Assembly: GCA_045598025.1 (NCBI GenBank)
Contig: JAZLLH010000061.1
Span: forward strand, 4,551-68,550
Direction: 5' to 3'
Length of the DNA stretch: 64,000 bases
Origin: Bacteroidales bacterium
GTDB lineage: Bacteria; Bacteroidota; Bacteroidia; Bacteroidales; WCHB1-69
Positions 46,192 through 55,207 of the stretch are shown piece after piece; the stretch's first letter is position 1; each line of letters begins with the position of its first letter. The position numbers and the translations under genes were made by a program. The notes under the pieces were generated by a model. It did not search any database and was not told where the DNA came from. It saw only the letters and a list, made by a program, of their open reading frames with translations.

Positions 46192-46242
46192 CTCATTTTT
46201 ACGGCATCATTTCAAAAAAAGAAGGCCATTTCGCGAATTTTG

Positions 46243-47664
46243 CTATTTGCCCTTCAATTTTATGACCGCCAAAACGGTATAAAACAGTATTTTGACATCC
46301 ATTAACATGGACATGTTTTCCAAATATACCATATCGTAACGCAAACGTTCCACCATCTGGTCAACATTTTCTGCATAACCATAAGTAACCTGCCCCCAAG
46401 ATGTCAGCCCCGGTTTGATCTGTTGCAGCAAGCGGTAATGCGGCGCTTTCTCCACGATCTGATCAATATAGTACTGGCGTTCGGGACGGGGCCCCACCAT
46501 GGACATCTCTCCCAATAGCACGTTGAAAAACTGGGGAATCTCATCCAAATGGGTCTTGCGCATAAAGACGCCGAAATGAGTAATGCGGTTATCGTGTTCG
46601 CTGGACAGCTGGGGACCGGCATTCTCCGCATCCACATACATGGAACGGAATTTGATGATATCAAACGGTTTTCCTCTGTATCCGACCCTCTCCTGACGGA
46701 ACAGTATAGGTCCCGGAGAGGAACATTTTACTCCAAAAGCCAGAAAAAGATACAAGGGAATGCAGAGAATAATACAGATCAAAGAACCCACAATATCAAA
46801 GAAACGCTTGCAGATTTTTTGCCATACCGGCATGAAATCCAATTGCAACTCAACCACCGGTTCATGATATACGGCTGTACTGTTGACGGACCCCATCAGA
46901 TAATCCGTGGTGTGTGGAAATATTTTGATCATCAGTTCCGAAACCTCCAGGTTCGGGAAAATCTTGCCCAGAATTTCACGGGTTCCTTCCCCCACTGCCA
47001 CGACCATTTCCTCTATTTTGTAATCCCTTATCCTTTGAGGAAGGTCCTCGTAGGTGCCCAAACAAGGCAAAAGTGCGGCCAGTTCATCCGTGCGCTCGCC
47101 ATTGGCAGTGACAAAACCTACCAGCGCTGTTCCCGAATGCTGTTTCTGCTGGTGCAGCATCTGATAGTAACGCAAAGCTTCGGCTCCGCCTCCGACAAGG
47201 ATGGCATTGAAAGTCAATTCCCCTTTGTGGATGCGGTTATTGACCGCCGTCACCAGCAAAAAGCGGAACAGGCAGGTCAATATCAATTGCAGGCTGAACA
47301 AAAGGAAAAAATAGCGGGTATAGTCCCGGTAATCGGTGATGACATCGTCCAGAATGATGACGAAAAACAGCACCACTGTGCCTATAATCACTTGTTTGAA
47401 CGTATGTTCCAATTCTTTTAACCGGGATTTGCGATAAATTTTCCGATAAGAACCGCTAACTGCATAAAACAATATCCAACAAAAAGGAATGGCTATGATG
47501 TCTAAATAAAACTTCCAATCGCCCAACACATCACCCATTACCATAGCCGGAGACATTCCCCCCGCAGTATGATGCTTCCGATAGACAAAAAAACATGCCA
47601 TGGCCAGCATGGCCGCCAAGTAGTCAAACATCACATACAGGAATGTCTGGATTTTCTTTCTCAT
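46243..47664 (-). CDS. Polyprenyl-phosphate glycosyl-1-phosphate transferase (WbaP/EpsB-type bacterial sugar transferase)
   Basis: N-terminal TM bundle and a central Rossmann-like region. C-terminal sugar-transferase domain (RFFDIVGS, PGPILFRQERVGYRGKPFDIIKFRSM, GEMSMVGPRP, GLTSWGQV). Confidence 0.88.
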   Translation of the reverse strand: MRKKIQTFLYVMFDYLAAMLAMACFFVYRKHHTAGGMSPAMVMGDVLGDWKFYLDIIAIPFCWILFYAVSGSYRKIYRKSRLKELEHTFKQVIIGTVVLFFVIILDDVITDYRDYTRYFFLLFSLQLILTCLFRFLLVTAVNNRIHKGELTFNAILVGGGAEALRYYQMLHQQKQHSGTALVGFVTANGERTDELAALLPCLGTYEDLPQRIRDYKIEEMVVAVGEGTREILGKIFPNLEVSELMIKIFPHTTDYLMGSVNSTAVYHEPVVELQLDFMPVWQKICKRFFDIVGSLICIILCIPLYLFLAFGVKCSSPGPILFRQERVGYRGKPFDIIKFRSMYVDAENAGPQLSSEHDNRITHFGVFMRKTHLDEIPQFFNVLLGEMSMVGPRPERQYYIDQIVEKAPHYRLLQQIKPGLTSWGQVTYGYAENVDQMVERLRYDMVYLENMSMLMDVKILFYTVLAVIKLKGK

Positions 47665-47669
47665 ATCTA

Positions 47670-48596
47670 TTATATGTATAACACTTTAATATTGTCAAAC
47701 AAATATGTCGCGCTGTCCCCGACATTCTTCACCCCTTTGACATATATTTCGAAATGGGAAATATAACTGGAAGAATTCAAAGCCTCCGTCAAATTGATGT
47801 ATATCTTTTTCCATTCCGCATTGCCGCGGACGGTGGAGCCGTAGATTCCACAAATCGGATACTGTATGGTACGGCCGTTGTAATGATAATACAGGCCAAC
47901 CTCTATGTTGTGGGTAATACGGTAATTCATTTCCATAAAACAATACGTCTCCTTTTTGGGAAAAGAATAGGAAGTCTGTACTTCAAAAAAGGTTTCATCC
48001 GGACGCAATGCAATCAGACCCGAATAATGGTTGACTTCCTTCGGATAGGAAAAAATCAGGGACGGATCCGAGGTTTTCGACAGGGAGGCGCTTCCCTCCA
48101 CGGCAGAAAATTTGATACCGGCATCTTCAAAATCTTCCTTGAACTCAAAAATGGTTCTGGGCTCGTAAGTGAACGAAGGCGTAAGCGTATAGGTTTTTTT
48201 GGATTCCAACTGCATTTGACGGACATCCGCCGTGTAAAAGGGATAATACGGCCGCTTGACAGCCACACCGTTCATTTTGATGCCGGCTTCCAACTGCACA
48301 TTGGCAGGGCCGGAAGCAATCACAGGAATGATGGCCGGTATTTCGTAAGTACCCATATTTTTTCCATTGACAGTCACCCATACATCGCTCACATAGGAGG
48401 ATGCCGTACCTTGTGTCGGATAATTGGTCGTTACCAATGCACTGTCAACCTGCAGATACACCGGATAGGACATATCCTTGTCGCAGGATGAAAACAGGCC
48501 GACAACCGCCGACAGCACGAACAGGCTCCAAATATTTTTTTCAATCAGACGCATACTTCCGATGTTTAATCTGTTTTCTTTTAAACGGACTTTCAT
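47670..48596 (-). CDS. Hypothetical lipoprotein, co-oriented with the sugar transferase
   Basis: Lipobox LSAVVGLFSSC. The start may be the ATG at 48596 or at 48554. I recognise no family. Confidence 0.5.
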   Translation of the reverse strand: MKVRLKENRLNIGSMRLIEKNIWSLFVLSAVVGLFSSCDKDMSYPVYLQVDSALVTTNYPTQGTASSYVSDVWVTVNGKNMGTYEIPAIIPVIASGPANVQLEAGIKMNGVAVKRPYYPFYTADVRQMQLESKKTYTLTPSFTYEPRTIFEFKEDFEDAGIKFSAVEGSASLSKTSDPSLIFSYPKEVNHYSGLIALRPDETFFEVQTSYSFPKKETYCFMEMNYRITHNIEVGLYYHYNGRTIQYPICGIYGSTVRGNAEWKKIYINLTEALNSSSYISHFEIYVKGVKNVGDSATYLFDNIKVLYI

Positions 48597-48688
48597 ACAT
48601 AAATATTGTGCCCTGACAAAAAAGCCTGCGGCATGTCCATCTATATGTATATTTTTTTTATATTTGTAATTGAGATAATAACATTATT

Positions 48689-48732
48689 TTTCTTAGAAAA
48701 ATATTTAGAAATCTAAACTTTTTTCTAAGAAA
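48689..48732. promoter_or_regulatory. 44-nt near-palindrome (operator-like) in the divergent intergenic region
   Basis: Outer 12-bp perfect arms tttcttagaaaa (48689-48700) / ttttctaagaaa (48721-48732). Inner arms tttaga (48704-48709) / tctaaa (48712-48717) share the same centre. Confidence 0.45.
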
Positions 48733-48782
48733 TAAAAACGGACAATGAAACTGTCTCTGTTTTACTTAATACAAATCCATCT

Positions 48783-49172
48783 ATGGAACAGAACGACATA
48801 AAAGAACGCATCTTATTATTTATCAAATCCAACGGGATCAGCATCAGTGAATTTGAGAGGCGGATCGGAGCCGGAAACGGATATGTAAACCGATTAAAAT
48901 CCGAAATCAAACCGGACCGCCTGCTGCAGATTTCTAAGAAATTTTCTATGCTGAATATGGAGTGGTTGCTGTATGGAGAGGGCGAAATGCTGCGAAAAGA
49001 GGGGGAACTCACTGCTACGGAAAACACACCGGAGTACACACCCTCATCTTGGGGAAATCTCAGAGGGAAAAGCATGAAAGAGCTGAGAGACATCATCAAG
49101 GTACAGCAGAACATCATCGAAGACTTGAACCGGGCCATCGACAATTACAACAAAATTATCAAAATCAATTGA
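48783..49172 (+). CDS. HTH transcriptional regulator (phage CI-repressor-like HTH) with C-terminal coiled coil
   Basis: IKERILLFIKSNGISISEFERRIGAGNGYVNRLKSEIKPDRLLQISKKFSMLNMEWLLYGEG resembles the Phage_CI_repr HTH. C-terminal heptad-like tail. Confidence 0.65.
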   Translation: MEQNDIKERILLFIKSNGISISEFERRIGAGNGYVNRLKSEIKPDRLLQISKKFSMLNMEWLLYGEGEMLRKEGELTATENTPEYTPSSWGNLRGKSMKELRDIIKVQQNIIEDLNRAIDNYNKIIKIN

Positions 49173-49188
49173 AATGCAAATGCATTTC
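49171..49188. terminator. Short palindrome between convergent genes (possible bidirectional terminator)
   Basis: gaaatgca-aa-tgcatttc. It overlaps the stop of the HTH gene and has no T-run. Confidence 0.25.
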
Positions 49189-49192
49189 CGCG

Positions 49193-50176
49193 CTACAGGC
49201 GGACCTTGGTGAAACAGTCCATGATACGGTAAGCTGTTTCCAGCGCCCGATATCCATCATCCACGGAGACTTCGCACTCTTTGTCTTCCAAGATACTCTG
49301 CACGAATAACGACAATTCGGTCTCTATGGCATTGACATGGATTTCTGATGGTTTCTCGATGAAAATCCGCTTTTTGCCCCTTCCTTCTCCCAAATCCATA
49401 ATGAGGGGCATCAAATCCGCATCGTCCGCAGGAGTGTAGTCCCGCAAACGGATGATATTGGCCTCCTTGCTCTGATAATCCACCGTAATGTATGCATTTT
49501 TCTGGAAGAAGCGGGCCCTGCGCATTTTTTTGAGGGACACCCTGCTGGCTGTCAGGTTGGCCGTACATCCGTTTTCAAATTCAATGCGGGCGTTCGCAAT
49601 ATCGGGATTTTCCGTAATCACGGCCACCCCACTGGCACTGATGTGCCGGATAGGGGAATGAACCATGTGCAGCACAATGTCAATATCGTGGATCATCAGA
49701 TCCAAAACAACAGAGACATCGGTGCCACGCGGATTGAATTCCGCCAGCCGGTGGCATTCGACAAACATCGGGTTTTCAATAAACTTACGAGCTTCCAAAA
49801 AAGCATCATTGAATCGTTCCACATGACCAATCTGCACCTTCAGACCATGTTCTTTGGAATAACGCAGAATTTCCTCTGCTTCGGGCATGGTAGCCGTAAT
49901 CGGCTTTTCGATGAAAACGTGACGCCCCGTCTGAAGAGCTTTCATGGCCGATGCGTGATGATTGAGGGTAGGAGTGACAATGTCGATGGCATCACATTTT
50001 TCCAACAGATCTTCCATCTTTTCAAAAACAGGAATCCCATAATCGGCCGACACAGCCGCTGCATTGACAGCATCCGTATCGTAAAAACCCACCAACTCCG
50101 TATTTCTGATATTTTTCCAGCATTTGATATGGATTTTCCCCAAATGTCCGGCTCCCAAGACTCCTATCTTCAACAT
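49193..50176 (-). CDS. Gfo/Idh/MocA family oxidoreductase
   Basis: MLKIGVLGAGHLGKIH Rossmann N-terminus and FIEKP motif. Confidence 0.85.
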   Translation of the reverse strand: MLKIGVLGAGHLGKIHIKCWKNIRNTELVGFYDTDAVNAAAVSADYGIPVFEKMEDLLEKCDAIDIVTPTLNHHASAMKALQTGRHVFIEKPITATMPEAEEILRYSKEHGLKVQIGHVERFNDAFLEARKFIENPMFVECHRLAEFNPRGTDVSVVLDLMIHDIDIVLHMVHSPIRHISASGVAVITENPDIANARIEFENGCTANLTASRVSLKKMRRARFFQKNAYITVDYQSKEANIIRLRDYTPADDADLMPLIMDLGEGRGKKRIFIEKPSEIHVNAIETELSLFVQSILEDKECEVSVDDGYRALETAYRIMDCFTKVRL

Positions 50177-50241
50177 GACTTTCTTTTATTAAAATGAATG
50201 AAAAAATAACGGAGGTGCGGATTTTTTATTGCAAAAAATGC

Positions 50242-50249
50242 TACTTTTG
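50242..50249 (+). promoter_or_regulatory. -7 element TACTTTTG for pcm
   Basis: Exact consensus 21 nt upstream of the ATG at 50270. Confidence 0.45.
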
Positions 50250-50269
50250 CCGTTAAAAAACAGACCCGA

Positions 50270-50917
50270 ATGACCGACAGCGAAAAAGACATCGGAAGAA
50301 GACGCCGGATGGTACAGGAATTGAAAGAAAAAGGCATCTGCAGCGAGGAAGTGCTGCAAGCTTTTCTCCAGGTTCCACGGCACTGTTTCGTGCCCTCTTT
50401 TCTGTACGCACATGCATATGAAGACCACGCCCTCCCCATTGCCTGCGGTCAGACCATTTCCCAACCTTCGACCGTGGCCCGGCAGACCCAACTGTTGGAA
50501 GTACGTCCCAAACAGAAAATATTGGAAATTGGTACGGGCACGGGATTCCAGGCCGCCATCCTCAAAGCCATGGGTGCCTATGTGTACAGCGTGGAGCGGC
50601 AAGCCGACCTCTACCGGGAAACCGGAAACCGCCTGCGGGAACTGCACATCAGCATCGCCATGAAGCATGCCGACGGATACAGAGGATGGAAGGAATTTGC
50701 TCCGTTTGACCGCATACTGCTGACCTGCGCCGTCCCGGAAGTGCCGCAGGAGTTGTTGGAACAGCTCAAACCGGGAGGCATCTTGCTGGCACCTGTCGGC
50801 CAGAAAATGCAGACCATGACAAAAATTGTCCGTGACGAACACTCGGAAACAATCGTTACCACGCACGGAACATTTCAATTTGTACCTATGCTTCAGGACA
50901 AAACATTCCTGAAATAA
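50270..50917 (+). CDS. pcm: Protein-L-isoaspartate O-methyltransferase
   Basis: QTISQPSTVARQTQLLEV, ILEIGTGTGFQAAIL, and PQELLEQLKPGGILLAPVG. Confidence 0.92.
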   Translation: MTDSEKDIGRRRRMVQELKEKGICSEEVLQAFLQVPRHCFVPSFLYAHAYEDHALPIACGQTISQPSTVARQTQLLEVRPKQKILEIGTGTGFQAAILKAMGAYVYSVERQADLYRETGNRLRELHISIAMKHADGYRGWKEFAPFDRILLTCAVPEVPQELLEQLKPGGILLAPVGQKMQTMTKIVRDEHSETIVTTHGTFQFVPMLQDKTFLK

Positions 50918-50956
50918 AAAATCGCACACACCTATCGCCCGCATCCATATTTTATC

Positions 50957-50964
50957 TACTTTTG
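50957..50964 (+). promoter_or_regulatory. -7 element TACTTTTG for the DUF5606 gene
   Basis: Exact consensus 46 nt upstream of the ATG at 51010. Confidence 0.45.
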
Positions 50965-51009
50965 CACGCCCTAACGGGCGTTTGACAAATTCGAAAAACA
51001 CAAGTTCAG

Positions 51010-51411
51010 ATGAGTTACAAAGAAATTCTTACTATTTCCGGTAAAAGCGGACTTTTCAAATTGGTATCCAGAAGCAAAAACAGCGCCATCATCGAATCGG
51101 TCACTGAGCACACCCGAATGCCGCTGTTCATGTCGAACAAAGCCAGTACGCTGGAAGAAATCTATTTGTTTACCGAAGAGGGAAACATCCCTTTGAAAGA
51201 AGTGTTGAAACGCATTCACAACCATGCCCAGGGCGGCAAAGCCATTGATCCCAAATCTCCTGAAAACGAAATCAGAAGCTATATGGAAGCCGTCATTCCC
51301 GAATACGATAGGGAAAGGGTTCATTTTTCCGATATGAAACGCCTCTTTTCATGGTACAATATCCTTCAGGAAAACGAATTGCTGGATTTGGAAGAAGAAA
51401 AACAGGACTAA
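51010..51411 (+). CDS. DUF5606 domain-containing protein
   Basis: MSYKEILTISGKSGLFKLVSRSKNSAIIES matches my memory of the DUF5606 N-terminus. Confidence 0.55.
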   Translation: MSYKEILTISGKSGLFKLVSRSKNSAIIESVTEHTRMPLFMSNKASTLEEIYLFTEEGNIPLKEVLKRIHNHAQGGKAIDPKSPENEIRSYMEAVIPEYDRERVHFSDMKRLFSWYNILQENELLDLEEEKQD

Positions 51412-51456
51412 CCTAAATTTATTTCCTTCTTCCTTTTTTCGTATTGTGAATTTGTT

Positions 51457-51464
51457 TAACTTTG
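51457..51464 (+). promoter_or_regulatory. Candidate -7 element TAACTTTG upstream of the deoxynucleoside kinase gene
   Basis: TAnnTTTG match 135 nt upstream of the ATG at 51599. Confidence 0.3.
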
Positions 51465-51598
51465 CGGACAAAGACAAAAGAAGTGCCTATATCCGTAAGT
51501 TCTTGGTTTTCTGAATGTAGCGGATGGGAATCGTATGTATTCCCCAGTCTTTTTTTGCCGGGACAGATTATTTTTTGAAACCTTTAAATATCAAAAGC

Positions 51599-52276
51599 AT
51601 GCACATTGCTATCGCAGGCAACATCGGATCCGGGAAAACGACGCTGACCCAGTTGCTGGCCAAACACTACAATTGGATTCCTCAATATGAGGATGCCGAC
51701 ACCAATCCTTACCTGACCAGTTTTTATGAAGACATGCAGCGATGGTCTTTCAATCTTCAGGTTTTCTTTTTGAACACCCGTTTCCGTCACATCATTGACA
51801 TACACCGGCAGAAAAAATCCGTCGTTCAGGACAGGACCATCTATGAGGATGCCTATATTTTTGCCCCCAACCTCCACGAGATGGGACTGATGTCTTCCCG
51901 TGACTTCAACAATTATCTTTCGCTGTTCGAGATGATAGATTCCTTCATACAGGCCCCGGACCTGCTGATTTACCTGAAGGCGGACATTTCCACTCTGGTG
52001 TCGCAGATTCAAAAAAGAGGACGCCCCTACGAAGACCTGATACGCCTGGATTATTTGAAAAACCTGAATGAGCGCTATAACCATTGGGCAGAGAATTACA
52101 ACAAGGGCAAGATATTGATAATCAATGTTGACGAAATAAAATTTTCCGAAAACAAGGACGATTTAGGGTACATTATCAACCAGATTGATGCCGAATTGTT
52201 CGGACTTTTTACCGGAGAAAAAGAAGAGGCCGTTCCTGAAAACAAAGCAAAAAAAACTTCAAAGAAAACGAAATGA
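51599..52276 (+). CDS. Deoxynucleoside kinase
   Basis: MHIAIAGNIGSGKTTL P-loop, QDRTIYED, dNK-family length. ORF 51524 trimmed to the ATG at 51599. Confidence 0.88.
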   Translation: MHIAIAGNIGSGKTTLTQLLAKHYNWIPQYEDADTNPYLTSFYEDMQRWSFNLQVFFLNTRFRHIIDIHRQKKSVVQDRTIYEDAYIFAPNLHEMGLMSSRDFNNYLSLFEMIDSFIQAPDLLIYLKADISTLVSQIQKRGRPYEDLIRLDYLKNLNERYNHWAENYNKGKILIINVDEIKFSENKDDLGYIINQIDAELFGLFTGEKEEAVPENKAKKTSKKTK

Positions 52277-53028
52277 AATATATTGGAATCATACCGGCCC
52301 GTTTCCAATCTTCCCGCTTTCCCGGGAAACCGCTTTGCCGTATCGGAGAAAAGACGATGATTGAACACGTCTACACTCAGGTGCGGAAAGTTACTGAACT
52401 GGAAAGAGTCATTGTGGCCACCGATCATCCGGATATTGAAGCCTGCGTACGTTCCTTCGGAGGAGAGGTCTGCATGACCTCCACCAGTCACCGCTCCGGA
52501 ACAGACCGCTGTGCAGAAGTGTATCGGAACCTTTCCGAAGCATTTCCGGCCAAGGACACCACCGTCATCAACATACAGGGAGATGAACCTTTCATACAGC
52601 CCGGACAGATTCAGGAAATCATCCGGTGCATGGAAAATTCGGAAGCCGCATTGGCAACGCTGCTGCAAATCATTGACGAACCCGAGATGATTGCCAATCC
52701 CAATGTGGTGAAAGCGACCCGTTCCATTGACGGATACGCATTGTATTTCAGTCGTTTCCCTATCCCTTATCTGCGTTCAGGAAAAAAGGAAGGCCAGGTA
52801 TTCTACAAACACATCGGGATGTACGCCTACCGGGCAGATGTACTGCAGCAAATTGTCGCACTCCCCGCTTCTTCCTTAGAGACAGCCGAAAGCCTGGAGC
52901 AACTCCGCTGGTTGGAAAACGGCTTCCGCATTGCGACCGGCATCACCGAATACCAGACCAGCATTTCCATTGACACACCAGACGATCTGAAAAAAGCCAT
53001 CGCATACGAAAAACAAATACACCCATGA
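52273..53028 (+). CDS. kdsB: 3-deoxy-manno-octulosonate cytidylyltransferase
   Basis: GIIPARFQSSRFPGKPL, GTDRCAE, NIQGDEPF. ATGA overlap with the upstream gene. Confidence 0.93.
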   Translation: MKYIGIIPARFQSSRFPGKPLCRIGEKTMIEHVYTQVRKVTELERVIVATDHPDIEACVRSFGGEVCMTSTSHRSGTDRCAEVYRNLSEAFPAKDTTVINIQGDEPFIQPGQIQEIIRCMENSEAALATLLQIIDEPEMIANPNVVKATRSIDGYALYFSRFPIPYLRSGKKEGQVFYKHIGMYAYRADVLQQIVALPASSLETAESLEQLRWLENGFRIATGITEYQTSISIDTPDDLKKAIAYEKQIHP

Positions 53029-54299
53029 TTGCAACCATCAAGGAATACCTGATAAAAAACAAAGAAATCCGAATCGAAGGGCTCGGCAAATTGTACATAC
53101 AATACGATGAAGCAGCCATACACCCTATTCTCAACACTTTCACGCCTCCCGGATACTATGTCCACTTCAAGGCGGATGAACGGGAATTGGGAACCGATTT
53201 TGCGGATTACGTAGCCCAAAAGGAAAGCATCACCTTCTCCGAAGCATGTGACCGGATTGAAAAATGGGTCAACCACATGCATGAGGAACTGATTGAAAAC
53301 AAAAGTTTTGAATTGGGGCACATGGGAACTTTCAGCAAAGGCAATGTGGAATTGGAATTCACCAGCGCCCTGGATGCCGAACTTTCTCCAAAATCGTACG
53401 GGCTTCCCGTATTTTCCGCCCGCAGGGAAAAGCCTGTAACGACTCCGATTTTCACAAATCCTGTCATCGAAAAACCAATCCAAACCATGATAGAAGAAAA
53501 ACCTTCAGAACCCGAAACCGACAAATCACAGGAAACACCTGACACACCTGACGCATGTGAGACTTCCGCCCCAGCCACGACCGAAACGGAACGGCAACCG
53601 GAACAGGAACCGGAACAGGTATTTGAACAGCCATCCGAACCGGAACAACCCGCACAGGAAACCGTAGAGGAAGCGGTCCAAGAGGAAATTCCTGACACAA
53701 AACCTGTTGAAGAAGTTTCCCCTGAAAATGAAGCCAACCACATCGATAACAAAGAAGAAGAAACAGAATCCGAATCTCCCAAAAAGAAAAGACATGTGGG
53801 GAAAATCCTTTTCTACATTTTTGTCATATTGCTGCTGCTGTGCATAATCGGCATAGGAATCTACGCCTTTGTCCGCCCGGCCGAATTCATTGAAAAGAAG
53901 GATATGTGCGTTCGCTTCGCAACTTCTCTGTTCTCCAAAGATACGGATGCTGACGCTGCCGTCATGGATTCCGAGGAAGAAATCCTTCCTGAAAACGAAG
54001 AATCTGAAGAATATATGGAAACAGATACCATGCCCACAGAGGAAATCCTTTCCGAAAACACATCAGAAGCAATTCCCGCCAACTGCTACCTCATTATCGG
54101 AGGTTTCAGTAAAGCGGAAAATGCAGACCGTCTGGTTTCCAGCCTCAAATCCGAATATCCCAACGTATCCAACCTCGGACTGAATGCCAAAGGCACCCTA
54201 CACATGGTGGGAATAGGTCCCCTGACGCGTGCAGAATCCGAACAGCTCCAATCCGCCTTGAACAGCACTTACGATGGATGCTGGATACTGGAAAAATAA
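53025..54299 (+). CDS. SPOR domain protein with HU-like N-terminal domain, acidic low-complexity linker and one TM segment
   Basis: N-terminus IRIEGLGKLYIQYDE, EPEQ-rich linker, TM ILFYIFVILLLLCIIGIGIYAF. C-terminal SPOR-like region CYLIIGGFSKAENADRLVSSLKSEYPNV...MVGIGPLTRAESEQL. Confidence 0.7.
   Translation: MIATIKEYLIKNKEIRIEGLGKLYIQYDEAAIHPILNTFTPPGYYVHFKADERELGTDFADYVAQKESITFSEACDRIEKWVNHMHEELIENKSFELGHMGTFSKGNVELEFTSALDAELSPKSYGLPVFSARREKPVTTPIFTNPVIEKPIQTMIEEKPSEPETDKSQETPDTPDACETSAPATTETERQPEQEPEQVFEQPSEPEQPAQETVEEAVQEEIPDTKPVEEVSPENEANHIDNKEEETESESPKKKRHVGKILFYIFVILLLLCIIGIGIYAFVRPAEFIEKKDMCVRFATSLFSKDTDADAAVMDSEEEILPENEESEEYMETDTMPTEEILSENTSEAIPANCYLIIGGFSKAENADRLVSSLKSEYPNVSNLGLNAKGTLHMVGIGPLTRAESEQLQSALNSTYDGCWILEK
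53596..53619 (+). repeat. In-frame 12-bp tandem repeat aaccggaacagg x2 (EPEQ units), with a degenerate third copy nearby
   Basis: Identical 12-mers at 53596-53607 and 53608-53619, and a related gaaccggaacaacc at about 53638-53651. Confidence 0.9.
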
Positions 54300-54320
54300 C
54301 AATAAATAATATATACTCTT

Positions 54321-54452
54321 ATGAAAAAAGTTATCATTATCGCTCTTTTCTCTATCACGCTGATAGGCATAGCAGCTGCCTGCAACACATACCAACGTTG
54401 CCCGGCCTACACACAGGATACGACCACTCAGACAGAATGCGACAGGATCTGA
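54321..54452 (+). CDS. Small (43 aa) Cys-containing putative lipoprotein, below the ORF-track cutoff
   Basis: ATG at 54321. MKKVIIIALFSITLIGIAAAC lipobox, then NTYQRCPAYTQDTTTQTECDRI, stop 54450-54452. It overlaps the next gene's start by 16 nt. Confidence 0.4.
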   Translation: MKKVIIIALFSITLIGIAAACNTYQRCPAYTQDTTTQTECDRI

Positions 54453-55195
54453 TCCTGATTTTATGTCTGGGGCTGCTGTCTGCAGGTGTACGGACCCATG
54501 CCCAAAACATCGACATCGGGGAAACTGAGGTCGGACAGCTCCGGCAGCGTGCATATTCCGGATATGTTTCTTTCCGCACGGACGGAGGCGGATTGGGATT
54601 CCGGCATGAACGGCAGAAATCCATTATCTGGGAAAGAGGATGGAGCACGGAGATTTCTTTCCACCATGATCCGAAGGAGAAAAAGAGTGTCTCTATCTTC
54701 AGCAATGCGTCCCACGGATTCCCATACGGAAAACTGAATCGGGTGTTTCAATGGAGGACGGACTACGGAATAGTGCGTACTTTGAACCACAAACCCTATT
54801 GGGGAGGAGTCAGCATCGGAGGCTATGCATCCGGAGGTATCGTGATGGGAATCACATGGCCTGTCTGCTTGAAAATTTGGGAGATGGACGAGTCGGGAGA
54901 CATCATTCTGCATACGGAAGCCTATCATCCGGAGAAGCACAATCTGAACAACATTTATGATGGAGACTCGCCTTTCCGGGGAATGAAACAAATGAAGCTG
55001 CATCCGGGACTGCATCTGCACTCAGGACTGCGGATGGACTTCAGCAACAACGAGGCCATCTCACTTGCATTGGACGTGGGCATCAATGCTGATGTTTACA
55101 TTATTCCTATAGAGATAATGGCCTACCAGAAACCCGATCGTTTCCTGATCAACGGGTACGTCAACATAGCCTTCGGCAGACGTCTTGCCCGATGA
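54437..55195 (+). CDS. Hypothetical secreted / outer-membrane protein
   Basis: ORF 54278 trimmed to the ATG at 54437 (signal MRQDLILILCLGLLSAGVRTHAQ). Beta-rich composition. I recognise no family. Confidence 0.5.
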   Translation: MRQDLILILCLGLLSAGVRTHAQNIDIGETEVGQLRQRAYSGYVSFRTDGGGLGFRHERQKSIIWERGWSTEISFHHDPKEKKSVSIFSNASHGFPYGKLNRVFQWRTDYGIVRTLNHKPYWGGVSIGGYASGGIVMGITWPVCLKIWEMDESGDIILHTEAYHPEKHNLNNIYDGDSPFRGMKQMKLHPGLHLHSGLRMDFSNNEAISLALDVGINADVYIIPIEIMAYQKPDRFLINGYVNIAFGRRLAR

Positions 55196-55207
55196 CAATA
55201 GCACGAA

